Under the pieces are notes generated by a model. That model was not told where the DNA came from, made no database searches, and was given only the letters and a program-made list of their open reading frames with translations. From a bacterium (GTDB lineage Bacteria > Patescibacteriota > Microgenomatia > Curtissbacterales > GWA2-41-24), in the NCBI GenBank assembly GCA_021813945.1, contig JAKAJD010000001.1, forward strand, positions 73,744-137,743: a stretch of 64,000 nucleotides of DNA, written 5' to 3'. Below are positions 48,535 to 58,092 of the stretch, one piece after another. Made by a program: the position numbers and the translations under genes. The stretch's first letter is position 1. The number at the start of each line of letters is the position of its first letter.

Positions 48535-48541
48535 GGACTGC
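48519..48541 (+). other. stem-loop (7-bp stem GCAGTCC/GGACTGC, 9-nt loop AAAGGATGA) in the 72-bp gap upstream of the GT4 gene
   Basis: Perfect inverted repeat read directly. Not followed by a U-tract, so it is not a canonical intrinsic terminator. Confidence 0.4.
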
Positions 48542-48556
48542 AAAAACTTTACAAAT

Positions 48557-49624
48557 ATGTCTAAGATTGCATTTTTAAGTTTTTATTCAGGCATTGCGGA
48601 CAGGGGAGTAGAAACGTTTGTCTATGAAATTACAAAAAGGCTTGCAAAAAAACACGTAGTGACAATTTTTCAAGCAGGCCAACTCATTAAAAATCGTGAA
48701 ATCAGAACCTATCAGATTAAAGCTTTTGCCGCCCAGCCAAAATCTTCGAAAGGTATTTTGGGAAAAATTTATTTGGATTGGCAGTCGCTAAAAATTTTAA
48801 TTTTTACATTAAAATCGGTGCCAAAAATTTTAAGCGGAAAATTTGACGTAGTCATTCCCCTAAATGGTGGCTGGCAAGTGGTTCTTTGTAGGCTTATTAC
48901 CAAAATCTCGAGATCAAAAATGTTAATTTCCGGGCATGCCGGAATAGGCTCTGACGATGCCTGGAACATCTTTTTTAGGCCGGACGTTTTCGTAGCCCTG
49001 ACAAATCAAGAAAATGCTTGGGTAAAGCGCATTGCCCCGGAAATGAAAACTACAGTTATCTCAAACGGTGTAGATCTTTCTATTTTTAATCCAGAAGTTA
49101 AACCCAAAAAAATGAATCTCAAAGACCCGATAGTTGTGTGTTGTGCGGCGCTTGTGCCATATAAAAGAGTTGATTTAACTATAAAGGCGGTTGCAAAAAC
49201 TCAAATGAGCCTTTTGGTTATAGGCGACGGACAAGAAAGGGGAAATATAGACTCGCTGGGAAAGCGCCTTCTGAAAGAAAGATACCAGAGAATTGTTGTA
49301 CCCTACCAACAAATGCCCTCTTACTACAAAGCCGGAAAAGTTTTTACATTAGCCTCAAAAACTGAGGCCTTTGGTATAGTCTATGTTGAGGCAATGGCTT
49401 GTAATTTACCAGTTGTTACAACAAGCGACAAATCCAGGCATGAAATAATTGGTGATGCAGGAATTTTAACTAATCCCGAAGACTCTCAAAAGTATGCCCG
49501 CGATTTAGAAATCGCAGCAAAAACAAACTACAGAAACTCCCCCTACAATCAAGCTTTAAAATTTAGTTGGAACAAAACCGCCGAAAAATATTCGGATTTG
49601 ATAAAAGCCCTCAGCTCAAATTAA
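48557..49624 (+). CDS. GT-B fold glycosyltransferase (GT4 family)
   Basis: TEAFGIVYVEAMACNLPVVTT motif. Confidence 0.8.
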   Translation: MSKIAFLSFYSGIADRGVETFVYEITKRLAKKHVVTIFQAGQLIKNREIRTYQIKAFAAQPKSSKGILGKIYLDWQSLKILIFTLKSVPKILSGKFDVVIPLNGGWQVVLCRLITKISRSKMLISGHAGIGSDDAWNIFFRPDVFVALTNQENAWVKRIAPEMKTTVISNGVDLSIFNPEVKPKKMNLKDPIVVCCAALVPYKRVDLTIKAVAKTQMSLLVIGDGQERGNIDSLGKRLLKERYQRIVVPYQQMPSYYKAGKVFTLASKTEAFGIVYVEAMACNLPVVTTSDKSRHEIIGDAGILTNPEDSQKYARDLEIAAKTNYRNSPYNQALKFSWNKTAEKYSDLIKALSSN

Positions 49625-49627
49625 TCT

Positions 49628-50464
49628 ATGAAACCTTTGATTTCTGTTATCATTCCTGCCTACAATGAACAAGATCTGATCGCACAATGTCTTGACTCAA
49701 TCACCAAACAAACGTATAAACCTTTAGAGGTCATTGTTGTTGATGATGGCTCAAACGACAAAACTTTACAAATCGCAAAAGGATTTAAAGTCAAAATCTT
49801 AACCCAAAATCATAAGGGTCCCGGAGTAGCCCGCAATTTAGCAGCATCGATCGCCAACGGTGAAATTCTGGTTTTCGTGGACAGCGATATGACCTTTGAG
49901 AAAGATTTCATTGCGGACCTCGTGGCACCGATCTTAAAAAAAGAGTCAATTGGAACTTTTTCAAAAAATGAAATGAACTCAAACGCAGACAATACTTGGT
50001 CAGCCTGTTGGAATATCAACAGAAATTTGCCTCCGGACAGGCTTATCCCTTTAGATTATCCGCAAAAAGCCCCCGTTTTTAGAGCAATTTTAAAAGCCGA
50101 ATTTGAAAAAGTTGGCGGATTTGAAGTTTCGGGACAGTATACAGACGACTGGTCTCTTTCAAGAAAGTTAAAAGTTGAATCAACTCTTGCAGAAAGAGCA
50201 AAATACTACCACAAAAACCCATCAAGCATTTCCGAAATTTTCAAACAAGCACGCTGGATTGGCAAAAATGAATTTATCGTAGGGTCTCTTGTACGAAAAA
50301 TTAAATCACTTATTTTTTATAGTCTACCCGTCTCTTTAGCAATCGGGGTTTATAAAGCCGCAAAAAGAAAAAATCCTTCCTTTATAATATTCAAAGTTAT
50401 TTACGACTTTGCTGTTTTTATATCTGTTGTTATGTCTTTTTTTAAAGAAGATAAAGCAAAATAA
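49628..50464 (+). CDS. GT2 glycosyltransferase
   Basis: SVIIPAYNEQ ... VVDDGSNDKT ... DSDM motifs. Confidence 0.8.
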   Translation: MKPLISVIIPAYNEQDLIAQCLDSITKQTYKPLEVIVVDDGSNDKTLQIAKGFKVKILTQNHKGPGVARNLAASIANGEILVFVDSDMTFEKDFIADLVAPILKKESIGTFSKNEMNSNADNTWSACWNINRNLPPDRLIPLDYPQKAPVFRAILKAEFEKVGGFEVSGQYTDDWSLSRKLKVESTLAERAKYYHKNPSSISEIFKQARWIGKNEFIVGSLVRKIKSLIFYSLPVSLAIGVYKAAKRKNPSFIIFKVIYDFAVFISVVMSFFKEDKAK

Positions 50465-51897
50465 TGATTTTTTTGATACTTTTTGTTGGGCTTATTCTAA
50501 GACTTATCAGTCTTAACCAAAGCCTTTGGTTAGACGAAGCCATTAATGCAGTTTTCGTAAGGTCTCTCAACCTAAAGTCACTTATTTTCAATTACTCTCT
50601 TTCAGATTTTCATCCTCCTGCGTATCACGTTTTAATGCGCGGATGGATATTATTATTCGGATCTTCGGAAATTGCATTGAGAATGCCTTCAGTGATATTT
50701 GGAGTTGCGTCAATTTACCTAATTTATAAAATTGGAAAAACCCTCTTCGACGAAAAAACAGCGCTTATTGCTGCAACTCTTCTTTCAGTAGCACCACTTC
50801 ACATTTACTATTCTCAAGAGGCTCGGATGTACATGATGGCCTTCTTCTTTATAACTTCATCAGTCTATTTTTTTATCATGATCTTAAAGTTCGACAAGCT
50901 TTTCTATTGGATAGGTTTTATAGTCTCAACAGTACTGTTTCTTTATTCGGATTATTTACCATATCTCATGATTCCAACATATTTGATTTATCTTTTTGTC
51001 TTTAGAAAGAGAATCTCAAAATCGACCGTTAAATCATTTATCCCTGCATTTTTATTAATTTCTATTTTTATCGTCCCATGGTTATTGGTATTTCCAAAAC
51101 AACTGTCAACCGGCCTTTCTGCAGCAGCTGCCTCTCCAAGCTGGTCTCAAGTTGTGGGAGCACCTCAGCTAAAAACTCTTATGGTGACGTTTGTAAAATT
51201 CACAATTGGCAGAATTACAGAGGATAACAAACTCTCCTACGCCTTAATGTTTGCACCCATTGGATTTTTTGTGTCGCTTCTTTTTGCATTTTCAACGCTT
51301 AGAACTTCAAGACTAAGATCGTTTTTATATTTTTGGTTGTTTCTGCCGATTATTATTGCCTTTATCGTTTCTTTTTTCATTCCAATTTTTTCTTACTTTC
51401 GCTTAATTTTCGCACTTGGAGCATTTTATCTAATTTGGGCCTCCGCAATAAATACGGTCAACTGGACTTTACCTACAAGAATCCTTCTTGTTATTGCCAT
51501 TGCCATAAATTTAGGCTCCTCAATAATTTATCTTTTAAACCCAAAGTTTCAAAGAGAGGACTGGAAGAAAGCAGCTGCATACGTTTCCCGAAATGCTGAC
51601 AGAAACTCGATCGTTCTTTTCGAATCAACTTACACTCTTGCACCTTTTGATTATTACAACAGCCTAAATATAGATGCAAAAGGAGCTTTAGACAGTTTCA
51701 GTCCTTCGCCCGAAAAGGTTGCCGAAAATGTCAAAAATTACACACACGGTAAAAGCAAAGTCTTTCTCTTCCAGTATTTGTCACCAATAACAGACCCCAG
51801 GGGATTGGTTTTCGAAAATCTTTCAAAAGCTGGTTACACAAACATTAAAACCGAAGATATAAACGGTGTTGGGTTCATTTACGAATTTGAAAAATGA
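50464..51897 (+). CDS. GT-C membrane glycosyltransferase, ArnT/PMT_2-like
   Basis: SLWLDEAINAVF (DE motif) after the first helix. About 11 TM helices plus a soluble C-terminal ~140 aa. TAATG coupling to the upstream gene. Confidence 0.6.
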   Translation: MIFLILFVGLILRLISLNQSLWLDEAINAVFVRSLNLKSLIFNYSLSDFHPPAYHVLMRGWILLFGSSEIALRMPSVIFGVASIYLIYKIGKTLFDEKTALIAATLLSVAPLHIYYSQEARMYMMAFFFITSSVYFFIMILKFDKLFYWIGFIVSTVLFLYSDYLPYLMIPTYLIYLFVFRKRISKSTVKSFIPAFLLISIFIVPWLLVFPKQLSTGLSAAAASPSWSQVVGAPQLKTLMVTFVKFTIGRITEDNKLSYALMFAPIGFFVSLLFAFSTLRTSRLRSFLYFWLFLPIIIAFIVSFFIPIFSYFRLIFALGAFYLIWASAINTVNWTLPTRILLVIAIAINLGSSIIYLLNPKFQREDWKKAAAYVSRNADRNSIVLFESTYTLAPFDYYNSLNIDAKGALDSFSPSPEKVAENVKNYTHGKSKVFLFQYLSPITDPRGLVFENLSKAGYTNIKTEDINGVGFIYEFEK

Positions 51898-51926
51898 GAA
51901 ACAGTCTTTACGAATTTGAATAATGA
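51878..51926 (+). repeat. tandem 20-bp direct repeat (TTTACGAATTTGAAaAATGA / TTTACGAATTTGAAtAATGA) spanning a gene junction
   Basis: Copy 1 (51878-51897) is the last 20 nt including the TGA stop of the GT-C gene. Copy 2 (51907-51926) contains the ATG (51923) of the next methyltransferase gene. 19/20 identical with a 9-nt spacer. Confidence 0.7.
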
Positions 51927-52666
51927 AAAATATCGTAGTTGATTTTTTTAATAAATTCTATTGGAGGCAACATCCCGAAGCTGCCCTCAGATATTTGCCG
52001 GTCGTATCTCAGATAAGAAAGTCAAAACTTCAGGATTCGAAAATCCTAGAAATAGGCTCCGGCTCGCTTGGTATCTCACCATATCTCAAAAAGAAAATCG
52101 ACGCCATTGACGTTGATTTTTCGGGTCCCCAAACTGATTTAATAACTAAAGTTAAGGGAGAAGCGTGGAATTTACCTTTTAGAAAAAATGCGTACGATGT
52201 TTCAATTTCTGTCGACGTTTTAGAACACATCCCACCAAATTTAAGGGAACAAACCATTTACGAAATGTTAAGAGTTACAAAACAACTGGCAATTGTAGTT
52301 GTTCCAAGCGGTGACGATTCCGAAAAACAAGACAAAAAACTTCAAGCCAAATGGAACCACATCTTCAAAGAGAAAAACCAGTTTTTAGAAGAACATGTCA
52401 AAAACGGCCTGCCAACATCGGAAGAAATTTTGGTCTACGTCGATAAATCACTTCGCAAACTCAAAAAAACTGCAAGAACAAAATCCTACGCAAATTTAAA
52501 CTTAACAGTCAGAAGTATTCTGATGAATACCTGGATTACAAAGAACAAATTTAAGTACTACCTTTACCTTAAAGGCTATTTACTTCTTATTCCAATTTTA
52601 AAGTTCTGCAACTTCGGGAAAACTTACAGAAGGGTCTTTGTGATAGAATTTGGATCGTCCAAATAG
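51923..52666 (+). CDS. class I SAM-dependent methyltransferase
   Basis: Motif I ILEIGSGSLGIS. YDVSISVDVLEHI. Confidence 0.65.
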   Translation: MKNIVVDFFNKFYWRQHPEAALRYLPVVSQIRKSKLQDSKILEIGSGSLGISPYLKKKIDAIDVDFSGPQTDLITKVKGEAWNLPFRKNAYDVSISVDVLEHIPPNLREQTIYEMLRVTKQLAIVVVPSGDDSEKQDKKLQAKWNHIFKEKNQFLEEHVKNGLPTSEEILVYVDKSLRKLKKTARTKSYANLNLTVRSILMNTWITKNKFKYYLYLKGYLLLIPILKFCNFGKTYRRVFVIEFGSSK

Positions 52667-52667
52667 T

Positions 52668-53888
52668 ATGAAGATTGCAATCGATATTTCACAGATTGTT
52701 TACGGAACAGGAGTCTCACGTTATAGTGAAAATTTGGTCAAAGCCCTACTGCAAGTAGATAACAAAAACCAGTACATCCTCCTTGCTTCCTCCTTAAGAA
52801 GCTACGGTAAGCTTGCCGCGTTCAAGGAAGAGCTCGAAAATTATCCGAATGTTGAGTTTAAATTCTCCAAATTGCCGCCTTCGATTTTGGAATTTTTATG
52901 GAACCGCCTCCACACATACCCTATTGAAAAAATGGTTGGTCCTGTGGATATTTTTCACTCTTCGGACTGGCTAGAGCCTCCGGTTATGTCAAAGGCTACC
53001 AAAAAGGTAACAACTGTCCACGACATGATTTCTTACTTATTCCCGTCATCCATGCATCCAAAAATCATTTCAAACCAAAAAAGAAGAATGGCACTTGTTA
53101 AAAAAGAATCCGATGCAATCATTGCCGATTCCAAAACTACAAAAGATGATGTGGTAAAGTTTTTAGAAATTCCCGAAGAAAAAGTAAAAGTAATTCCTCT
53201 TGCAGCGTCGGAAGATTTTAAACCTCAAAACGATGAATTTGTGGAAAATACCATGGCAAAATATAAGCTAAAAAAACCTTATATTCTTTCCGTTGCTACC
53301 CAGGAACCTCGAAAAAACCTTCAAAAATTGCTTGACGCTTTTGAGCAAGTTCTAAAAGTCAAACCCGATGCAAACTTGGTTTTAGTAGGAAAATATGGGT
53401 GGGGAGGCGGTTTGCATACTCCGGGAAATGTCATTTGGACAAATTATGTTCCCGAAGAAGACCTCGTCAATTTATATTCCGGCTGCCAGGTTTTTGTTTA
53501 TCCATCCCTATACGAGGGTTTCGGTTTGCCGATTTTAGAAGCCATGGCCTGCGGTGCACCGGTTATTACCTCCAATAACTCGTCTATGGAGGAAGTTGGC
53601 AAAAACGCAGCCATTTTAGTTGACCCAAGAAACGAAAAACAAATAGCAAAAGCAATTGAATTTGTCCTTAACCTCAATGGCGAAAATTACGAAAAAATGA
53701 AACATGCTAGTATCAGTCGCGCAAAAGAATATTCATGGGAAAAAACTGCCAAAGATACCTTAAAATTATATGAAGATTTAGTGAAGGAATCAGAAACTCA
53801 GGATGATCTAGTATATGACCATCAGAATAATCGATACAATCCAGATGAACAAGAAGAAATTTCTCCGGACAATTCCTCAATCGAGTAA
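52668..53888 (+). CDS. GT-B fold glycosyltransferase (GT4 family, mannosyltransferase-like)
   Basis: YEGFGLPILEAMACGAPVITSNNSSMEEV. The track start is TTG 52650; the first ATG (MKIAIDIS, a typical GT4 N-terminus) is at 52668, right after the upstream TAG. Confidence 0.8.
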   Translation: MKIAIDISQIVYGTGVSRYSENLVKALLQVDNKNQYILLASSLRSYGKLAAFKEELENYPNVEFKFSKLPPSILEFLWNRLHTYPIEKMVGPVDIFHSSDWLEPPVMSKATKKVTTVHDMISYLFPSSMHPKIISNQKRRMALVKKESDAIIADSKTTKDDVVKFLEIPEEKVKVIPLAASEDFKPQNDEFVENTMAKYKLKKPYILSVATQEPRKNLQKLLDAFEQVLKVKPDANLVLVGKYGWGGGLHTPGNVIWTNYVPEEDLVNLYSGCQVFVYPSLYEGFGLPILEAMACGAPVITSNNSSMEEVGKNAAILVDPRNEKQIAKAIEFVLNLNGENYEKMKHASISRAKEYSWEKTAKDTLKLYEDLVKESETQDDLVYDHQNNRYNPDEQEEISPDNSSIE

Positions 53889-53897
53889 AATAAAAGT

Positions 53898-54986
53898 ATG
53901 CTAATCGGCATCGACGGAAACGAGGCAAATGTAAAAAACCGCGTCGGTTCGGGCGTCTACGCGTTCGAACTTCTCAAAGAGTTTTCCAAAAACAAAACCC
54001 ACAATTTTACTGTTTATTTAAAAGAAAATCCTGAGCCCGATCTACCGAAAGAGTCAGAAAACTTTCATTATCTAGTATTCGGTCCGAGAAAACTTTGGAC
54101 TAGGTTTGCCCTACCTGTAAAACTGACTTTTGGCCCGGAAATCGATATTTTTTTCTCCATGGGACATTACGGTCCTTATTTTTCAAAAGTCCCTTACGCT
54201 GTCACTATTTTCGATTTGTCGTACCTCCATTTTCCGAAACTTTTTAAACAAGACGATCTATATCAACTAACTAACTGGTCAAAACGGTCAATCCTAAAAT
54301 CCAAACATATTTTTGCTATATCCGAGTCAACTAAGTCAGACATCATCAAAAATTACGGTGTCGATCCTTCCAAAATCATAGTTACTTATATGGGTTATGA
54401 TCAAAGCTTTAAACCTCAGCCAAAATTGGCAATCAATAAAGTCAAAAACAAATACAAAATAGAGCGGGATTACATAATCTTTATCGGAACCCTTCAGCCG
54501 CGCAAGAACATCGAAAAACTGATCGAGGCTTTCTCGGCATTAGACGCCGGAAGTTTGAATTTGGTAATTGTCGGTAAAAAAGGCTGGCTTTACGATTCCA
54601 TATTTCAAAAGGTCAAGGATAACGAATTGGAATCAAAGGTCATTTTTACAGACTTCGTGCCATCAAGTGATCTACCGACCCTGATTTCAGGCTCAAAAGC
54701 ATACGTTCTGCCTTCCCTTTGGGAAGGTTTCGGCATTCCGGTTATCGAAGCACAAGCTTGTGGTGTGCCTGTTGTCGTTTCGAATACCTCATCGCTTCCG
54801 GAAGTAGTAGGAGAAAGCGGAATTCTTATCAATCCCGAAAACATTGATTCAATCGCAGACGGCATCAAAAAGGCACTAGATGAAAAAACAAGCTCAGCCC
54901 TTGCCAAAAAAGGCTTCGAAAACATCGAGCGGTTCTCCTGGCAAAAATGCGCCCAGCAGACACTCAGGGTATTAGAAGGCCTGTAG
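53898..54986 (+). CDS. GT-B fold glycosyltransferase (GT4 family), tandem paralog of the previous gene
   Basis: WEGFGIPVIEAQACGVPVVVSNTSSLPEVV. Confidence 0.8.
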   Translation: MLIGIDGNEANVKNRVGSGVYAFELLKEFSKNKTHNFTVYLKENPEPDLPKESENFHYLVFGPRKLWTRFALPVKLTFGPEIDIFFSMGHYGPYFSKVPYAVTIFDLSYLHFPKLFKQDDLYQLTNWSKRSILKSKHIFAISESTKSDIIKNYGVDPSKIIVTYMGYDQSFKPQPKLAINKVKNKYKIERDYIIFIGTLQPRKNIEKLIEAFSALDAGSLNLVIVGKKGWLYDSIFQKVKDNELESKVIFTDFVPSSDLPTLISGSKAYVLPSLWEGFGIPVIEAQACGVPVVVSNTSSLPEVVGESGILINPENIDSIADGIKKALDEKTSSALAKKGFENIERFSWQKCAQQTLRVLEGL

Positions 54987-54998
54987 TCTGCGTGAAAA

Positions 54999-55027
54999 TT
55001 GATCGTACGACCAACCCATAGTATAAT
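54999..55027 (+). promoter_or_regulatory. sigma70-like promoter TTGATC-N17-TATAAT
   Basis: TTGATC at 54999-55004, exact 17-nt spacer, TATAAT at 55022-55027. 37 nt upstream of ATG 55065, in a 78-bp intergenic gap. Confidence 0.45.
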
Positions 55028-55064
55028 TAACCAATAAAGCTGTGTTTTGCTTTATACTTAAGAT

Positions 55065-55661
55065 ATGAAGGACCGCATGGGTAAAGAATTATCCGGTGGG
55101 GAAGTGGTATCAAAAGGCTTAAACCGCATTAAGTGGATCTGGCTGGATTTAGTGCTTTTTAAGCTCAATCTCGTTTCTGCAATAATCCCTTTTCATTCTG
55201 TCCGAAAATTCGTTTTTCGCCTCTTCGGTTTAAAAATAGGCAAAAATTCATTTATCCATATGCGCACCCGCTTTTTTAATCCCGCCGGGATATCAATCGG
55301 TGTTGGATCAATCGTAGGGGATGCCTGTTTTCTAGACGGCCGCGCTCGCCTCACAATAGGGAATAACGTGGATATAGCAACAGGCGTCATGGTCTACAAC
55401 AGCGAACACGACATTCATTCCGAAAATTTTGCCCCGATTGATGGAGAAGTGGAAATAGGGGACTACGTCTTTATCGGCCCCCGCGCCATTATCCTGCCGG
55501 GAGTTAAAATCGGTAAAGGCGCAGTTGTAGCAGCCGGCGCAGTTGTCACATCAAGCGTCAAAGATTTCGAAATAGTTGGTGGAGTTCCAGCTAAAGTCAT
55601 CGGTGAACGCAAAGCCAAAGACCTTCACTATAAACTCGGCCGCGCCAGACTTTTCCAGTAA
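55065..55661 (+). CDS. left-handed beta-helix (hexapeptide) sugar O-acetyltransferase (WcaF/Mac-like)
   Basis: Hexapeptide repeats ISIGVGSIVGDACFLDGRARLTIGNNVDIATGVMVYN ... IGDYVFIGPRAIILPGVKIGKGAVVAAGAVV. Confidence 0.75.
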   Translation: MKDRMGKELSGGEVVSKGLNRIKWIWLDLVLFKLNLVSAIIPFHSVRKFVFRLFGLKIGKNSFIHMRTRFFNPAGISIGVGSIVGDACFLDGRARLTIGNNVDIATGVMVYNSEHDIHSENFAPIDGEVEIGDYVFIGPRAIILPGVKIGKGAVVAAGAVVTSSVKDFEIVGGVPAKVIGERKAKDLHYKLGRARLFQ

Positions 55662-55664
55662 ATT

Positions 55665-56555
55665 ATGGATCTTTCCGTAATAATCGTTAATTGGAATACC
55701 AAAAAACTTCTCGATGATTGTTTATCATCCATCTACAAATTCACTCGGGGTATCAAGTTTGAGGTGATAGTAATGGACAACGCTTCAGAAGACGGCAGCA
55801 CGCAAATGGTTGAAAAAAAATTTCCGCAAGTTAAGCTCATCAAAAACAAAGATAATATCGGTTTCACCAAAGCAAACAATCAAGGTATAAAAGTCGCGAA
55901 AGGGGACAGCATATTCCTTTTAAACTCCGATACGTATCTCATTGAAAACTCGCTCAAAAAACTTGTCGAAAAATCACAAACTGAGAATCCAAAAGTTGTT
56001 TTGGCTCCCCTGCTTCTAAACGAAAACCGCTCAATTCAACAATCCGTCGGCTTTTTCCCAAATCTCCCCCAAATTTTTTTCTGGATGAGCTTTATTGACG
56101 ATCTGCCGTTCGGTCAGTTTCTCAAACCGTATCATGAGGACCATGACACTTTTTACCAAAAAGAACAGGAAGTAGACTGGGCGACCGGTGCAGCAATCCT
56201 GGTTCCAAAAGAAGCAATAAAAAAGGCAGGCCCACTTGATGAAAAAATTTTTATGTACGGCGAAGATGTTGAATGGTGTTACCGGCTTAAAAAATTTGGG
56301 TATAAGATGCTTTTCTCACCGACAACGAAAATTGTCCACATTGGCAGGGGCTCATCCAAAAAAATACCCACGCGAGCTTTTATCGGTGAGTACCAAGGAG
56401 TCAAGTATTTTTATCAGAAATACAAAAGCTTTTTGGCTTTGCAAATTGCACGCATCTTCCTTAAAATAGGAGCATTACTACGCGTCGTTATATTTTCAAT
56501 TCTAGGCAGAAAGGAGCTTGCCCAAAGCTATGTCGAAGCTTTTAAAGTGGCTTGA
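55665..56555 (+). CDS. GT2 glycosyltransferase (WbbL/RfbF-like)
   Basis: SVIIVNWNT ... VMDNASEDGS ... NSDT motifs. Confidence 0.8.
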   Translation: MDLSVIIVNWNTKKLLDDCLSSIYKFTRGIKFEVIVMDNASEDGSTQMVEKKFPQVKLIKNKDNIGFTKANNQGIKVAKGDSIFLLNSDTYLIENSLKKLVEKSQTENPKVVLAPLLLNENRSIQQSVGFFPNLPQIFFWMSFIDDLPFGQFLKPYHEDHDTFYQKEQEVDWATGAAILVPKEAIKKAGPLDEKIFMYGEDVEWCYRLKKFGYKMLFSPTTKIVHIGRGSSKKIPTRAFIGEYQGVKYFYQKYKSFLALQIARIFLKIGALLRVVIFSILGRKELAQSYVEAFKVA

Positions 56556-58092
56556 CGACCACATACTTGAATACCTGAGCTTTGCGCTTTTAATTTTTAT
56601 CCCCTTATACCCGAAACTCCCTCTTGCCGATCTCATTCGAGGGTACATTGTGCGTTTGAGGTTAGACGATATTTTAGTTGCTTTTGCATTTGCTATTTGG
56701 ATAATTTGGCTTTTGAGGAAAAAAGTTTCTCTTAAAGGAAATCCTCTCTTTGTACCGATGGCTATTTACATCATTGTCGGTTTTATATCTTCACTTTCTG
56801 CAATTTTTATAACCAAAACTGTGCCCTTTCAGCTGATCCATATGGAAAAGCTGTTTTTAAACTACGGACGAAGAATCGAATATTTTTCCGTTTTTTTCGT
56901 TTTCTTTTCTTCCATAAAATCACTCGAGCAAATTAAAAAATATGTATATGTCGCAGCTGTAGTCTTGCTTTTGGTTTCGATTTACGGATTTGGTCAAAAA
57001 TATCTTTACTGGCCTGCTTTTTCAACCATGAATAGGGAATTTTCCAAAGGTATCGTTCTTTATCTAACGCCTCACGCCAGGGTCCTTTCAACTTTCGGAG
57101 GCCATTATGACCTTGCCGCATATTTAGTCGTAGTTTTAACACTTTTTATTCCACTCATTTTCGTAGTCAAAAAAATCTGGGTAAAATTCGCTCTAGCTTT
57201 AATTTCATTTTCCGGTTTTTGGCTTTTGATACTAACCGTTTCAAGGACTTCGTTTCTTGCTTACCTTGCATCAATTACAATTGCCTTTCTTATTCTTGCG
57301 ACGAAAAAAAGCTGGAAGTGGTCACTTATTCATTGGATTGTCGTAATCTTTATTTCGCTTGGAATTATGCTTTCATTTGGAGATTTGTCGCAACGTTTCT
57401 CACACGTCTTAAAATTGGATGCCATTAAAAACACGGCACTTTCTCCTATCAAAAAAGAATTGCCTTCCGGCAAAAATGTAGCTTTTCTAGATATTGGCTC
57501 AAATTCCGACATGCCACCAACCACAGTTAAACCGGGGTCAACACCGCAACCTGGGCAAAAACCATCCGATGTTTACAAAGAAGTTCCTCTCTACGGTACT
57601 CAATCTGGAACATATGCTGCAATTCCGAGGGTTTATTCTCAAAATGCGGTTTCTTATGACCTTTCAACCGGAATCCGCCTTGACTATACATGGCCTCATG
57701 CCATTGCCGGTTTTGAGAAAAATCCGCTTCTAGGCTCCGGCTATTCAACGCTTCAAAAAAGTAATATTGAAACTTTCACAGAAGCCGAATCTACCGATAA
57801 TGATTTCCTGAGAGCACTGGGTGAAACGGGCCTTTTGGGCTTTCTTAGCTTCTTTGGAATCATTGCCCTGGTTTGCTATTTGGGACTTCGGGATTTTGGC
57901 AAAATCGACAATCTCTTTTATGCAACCATAGTTGCCGCTATTTCTGCAGGGATTATTGGCCTTCTTGTAAACGGTATTCTAATTGATGTTTTTGAAGCCT
58001 CAAAAGTGGCTTATATTTTGTGGATTATGGCGGCTATATTGCTAGCAACTGTTAAGTTGGCCACACGCCAGCCTAAAACGTCCAAAACGTGA
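56530..58092 (+). CDS. O-antigen ligase/polymerase-family (Wzy_C-like) membrane protein
   Basis: Many TM helices. TVSRTSFLAYLASI (the SR..L motif of Wzy_C). A large loop ends in NPLLGSGYST...DNDFLRALGETGLLGFL, which resembles the NPLFGxGxG...HNxYLqxlxExGxxG pattern of O-antigen ligases. AAGGAG lies 13 nt upstream of ATG 56530; the track start is TTG 56518. Confidence 0.55.
   Translation: MSKLLKWLDDHILEYLSFALLIFIPLYPKLPLADLIRGYIVRLRLDDILVAFAFAIWIIWLLRKKVSLKGNPLFVPMAIYIIVGFISSLSAIFITKTVPFQLIHMEKLFLNYGRRIEYFSVFFVFFSSIKSLEQIKKYVYVAAVVLLLVSIYGFGQKYLYWPAFSTMNREFSKGIVLYLTPHARVLSTFGGHYDLAAYLVVVLTLFIPLIFVVKKIWVKFALALISFSGFWLLILTVSRTSFLAYLASITIAFLILATKKSWKWSLIHWIVVIFISLGIMLSFGDLSQRFSHVLKLDAIKNTALSPIKKELPSGKNVAFLDIGSNSDMPPTTVKPGSTPQPGQKPSDVYKEVPLYGTQSGTYAAIPRVYSQNAVSYDLSTGIRLDYTWPHAIAGFEKNPLLGSGYSTLQKSNIETFTEAESTDNDFLRALGETGLLGFLSFFGIIALVCYLGLRDFGKIDNLFYATIVAAISAGIIGLLVNGILIDVFEASKVAYILWIMAAILLATVKLATRQPKTSKT

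Noticed and set aside
48519-48541. Hairpin upstream of the GT4 gene as an intrinsic terminator
   Set aside because: The stem is not followed by a U-tract on either strand (flanks are A-rich). It is retained only as a possible regulatory RNA structure.
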